Shown in pieces: positions 62,790-64,000 of a stretch of 64,000 nt of DNA (positions are counted from its first letter, which is position 1; each line of letters opens with the position of its first letter). The DNA is taken from positions 200,322,001 through 200,386,000 of the forward strand of contig NC_091977.1 of the NCBI RefSeq assembly GCF_044704955.1, written 5' to 3'. The position numbers and the translations under genes were made by a program. Source of the DNA: Pristiophorus japonicus (taxonomy: Eukaryota). The notes under the pieces were generated by a model. That model was not told the DNA's origin. It saw only the letters and a list, made by a program, of their open reading frames with translations, and did no database searches.

Positions 62790-63440
62790 ACATAGAATAT
62801 ACAGCACAGAAACAGGCCATTCAGCCCAACCAGTCCACACCGGTGTTTATGCCTCCTCCTGTCCAACTCTACAGCTGGCACAGGCTCAACAGGCCGAATG
62901 GCCTCCCTCTGTGCTTAACCATTCTATTATTCTATCAGCATATTCCCTTCTCCCTCATATGCTTGTCTAGCCTCCCCTTAAATGCATCTATACTATTCGC
63001 TTCAACCACTCCCTGTGGTAGCAAGTTCCACATTCTCACCACCCTCTGGGTAAAGAAGTTTCTTCTGAAATCCCTATTTGATGTTTTGGTGACTGTCTTA
63101 TATTGATGGCCTCTAGTTATACTCTTCTCTACAAGTGGAAACATTCTCTCTGCATCCACTCTATCTAAACCCTTCAAATTTTAAAGACCTCTATTAGGTC
63201 ACCCCTCAGCCCTCTTTTTACAAGAGAATAGAGACACAGCTTGTATACCTTTCCTGATATGTATACCTTTGCATCTCTGGCATCATCCCTGTAAACCTTC
63301 TCTGCACCCTCTCCAGTGCCTCTATATCTCTTTATAATATGGCGGCCAGAACTGTACGCAGTGCTCCAAGTGCGGTCCAACCAAGGTTTGATACAAGTTT
63401 AGCATAACCTCTCGACTTTTCAACTGTATCCCTCTAGAAA
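62790..63440 (-). mobile_element. CR1 LINE 3' fragment (flanked by further CR1 RT fragments at ~62575-62780 and ~63580-63800)
   Basis: GLDRVDAERMFP..TRGHQYK..RRNFFTQRVVRMWN..DAFKGRLDK. Confidence 0.88.
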
Positions 63441-63804
63441 TGTACACAAACTGGCTGCCGCGTTTCCTACATTACAACAGCGAGTACACTTCAAAAGTAC
63501 TTCATCAGCCGGGATTTTTGAGCTCAAGTTACAGCCCGCCAACCAGATAACGGCCTAAAATTTCTGCCATTTCCCCACTCCTCATCACAATTTCATCTGT
63601 CTCAGCATCCAAGGGACCAACACCCACCCTTGCTATCTCCTCTTTTCCACATACCTGTAGAAGCTCTTACAATCTGTTAACATATTTCCTGCTAGTTTAT
63701 TCTCATATTCTATCCTCTTCCTTCCTATCAATTCCCTGGCCATCCCTTGCTGGTTTCTAAAGCTCTCCCAATCCTCAGGCTCATCACCACACTTCACAAG
63801 ATTA

Positions 63805-64000
63805 CGGGGCTGAAATTGTCCGCCGCCCGAAACGAGGCGCACCTAACGTTGAAATTTAGCACTTCAGGGATTTTTTTGAAGCGGGGTGGAAGTGGCCTCA
63901 TCATGGGAGTGGAAGTGGTGGGGGGGGCGGAGTAGCCGGGGCTGTCAGTCATCAGAGCTGCACTGATGACATCATCACGCTGGCGCGTCACAATGTGTCT
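63805..64000. mobile_element. Left end of a GC-rich MITE (runs off window)
   Basis: GGGGCTGAAATTG..GCCCGAAACGAGGCGCACC, related to 39376. Confidence 0.6.

Noticed and set aside
12386-64000. Further SV2C exons (expected next: SIVYLGMM..WGGLAD..)
   Set aside because: No such peptide seen in the ORF track or by eye; probably beyond the window, though a short exon could have been missed.

Overview
Vertebrate genomic DNA, most likely from a shark or other cartilaginous fish. This is inferred from the CR1 LINEs with (TAGAAACA)n tails, the SacSINE1-like DeuSINEs and the RTE/L2 families. The only host coding sequence I can support is the first coding exon of SV2C (11815..12385, + strand). No further SV2C exon is recognisable, so the remaining ~51 kb is probably one large intron. 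The rest is densely packed with transposable elements: a decayed Gypsy 3' half, a solo LTR, many CR1/RTE/L2 fragments (one CR1 nearly intact), SINEs, PIF/Harbinger relics and GC-rich MITEs. The standout is a 6.17-kb LTR provirus (50926..57094, - strand). It has apparently identical 677-bp LTRs, a 4-bp TSD, a tRNA-Ser PBS, a PPT and a retroviral-type splice donor and acceptors. It has no recognisable pol, but carries an envelope gene that looks like a class I F-type fusion protein rather than a gamma-type env. It is a candidate recent, non-autonomous lokiretrovirus-like element. A 255-bp near-perfect inverted duplication sits at 40285..41024. All family assignments come from recalled motifs read by eye, not database searches, and the boundaries of decayed repeats are approximate.
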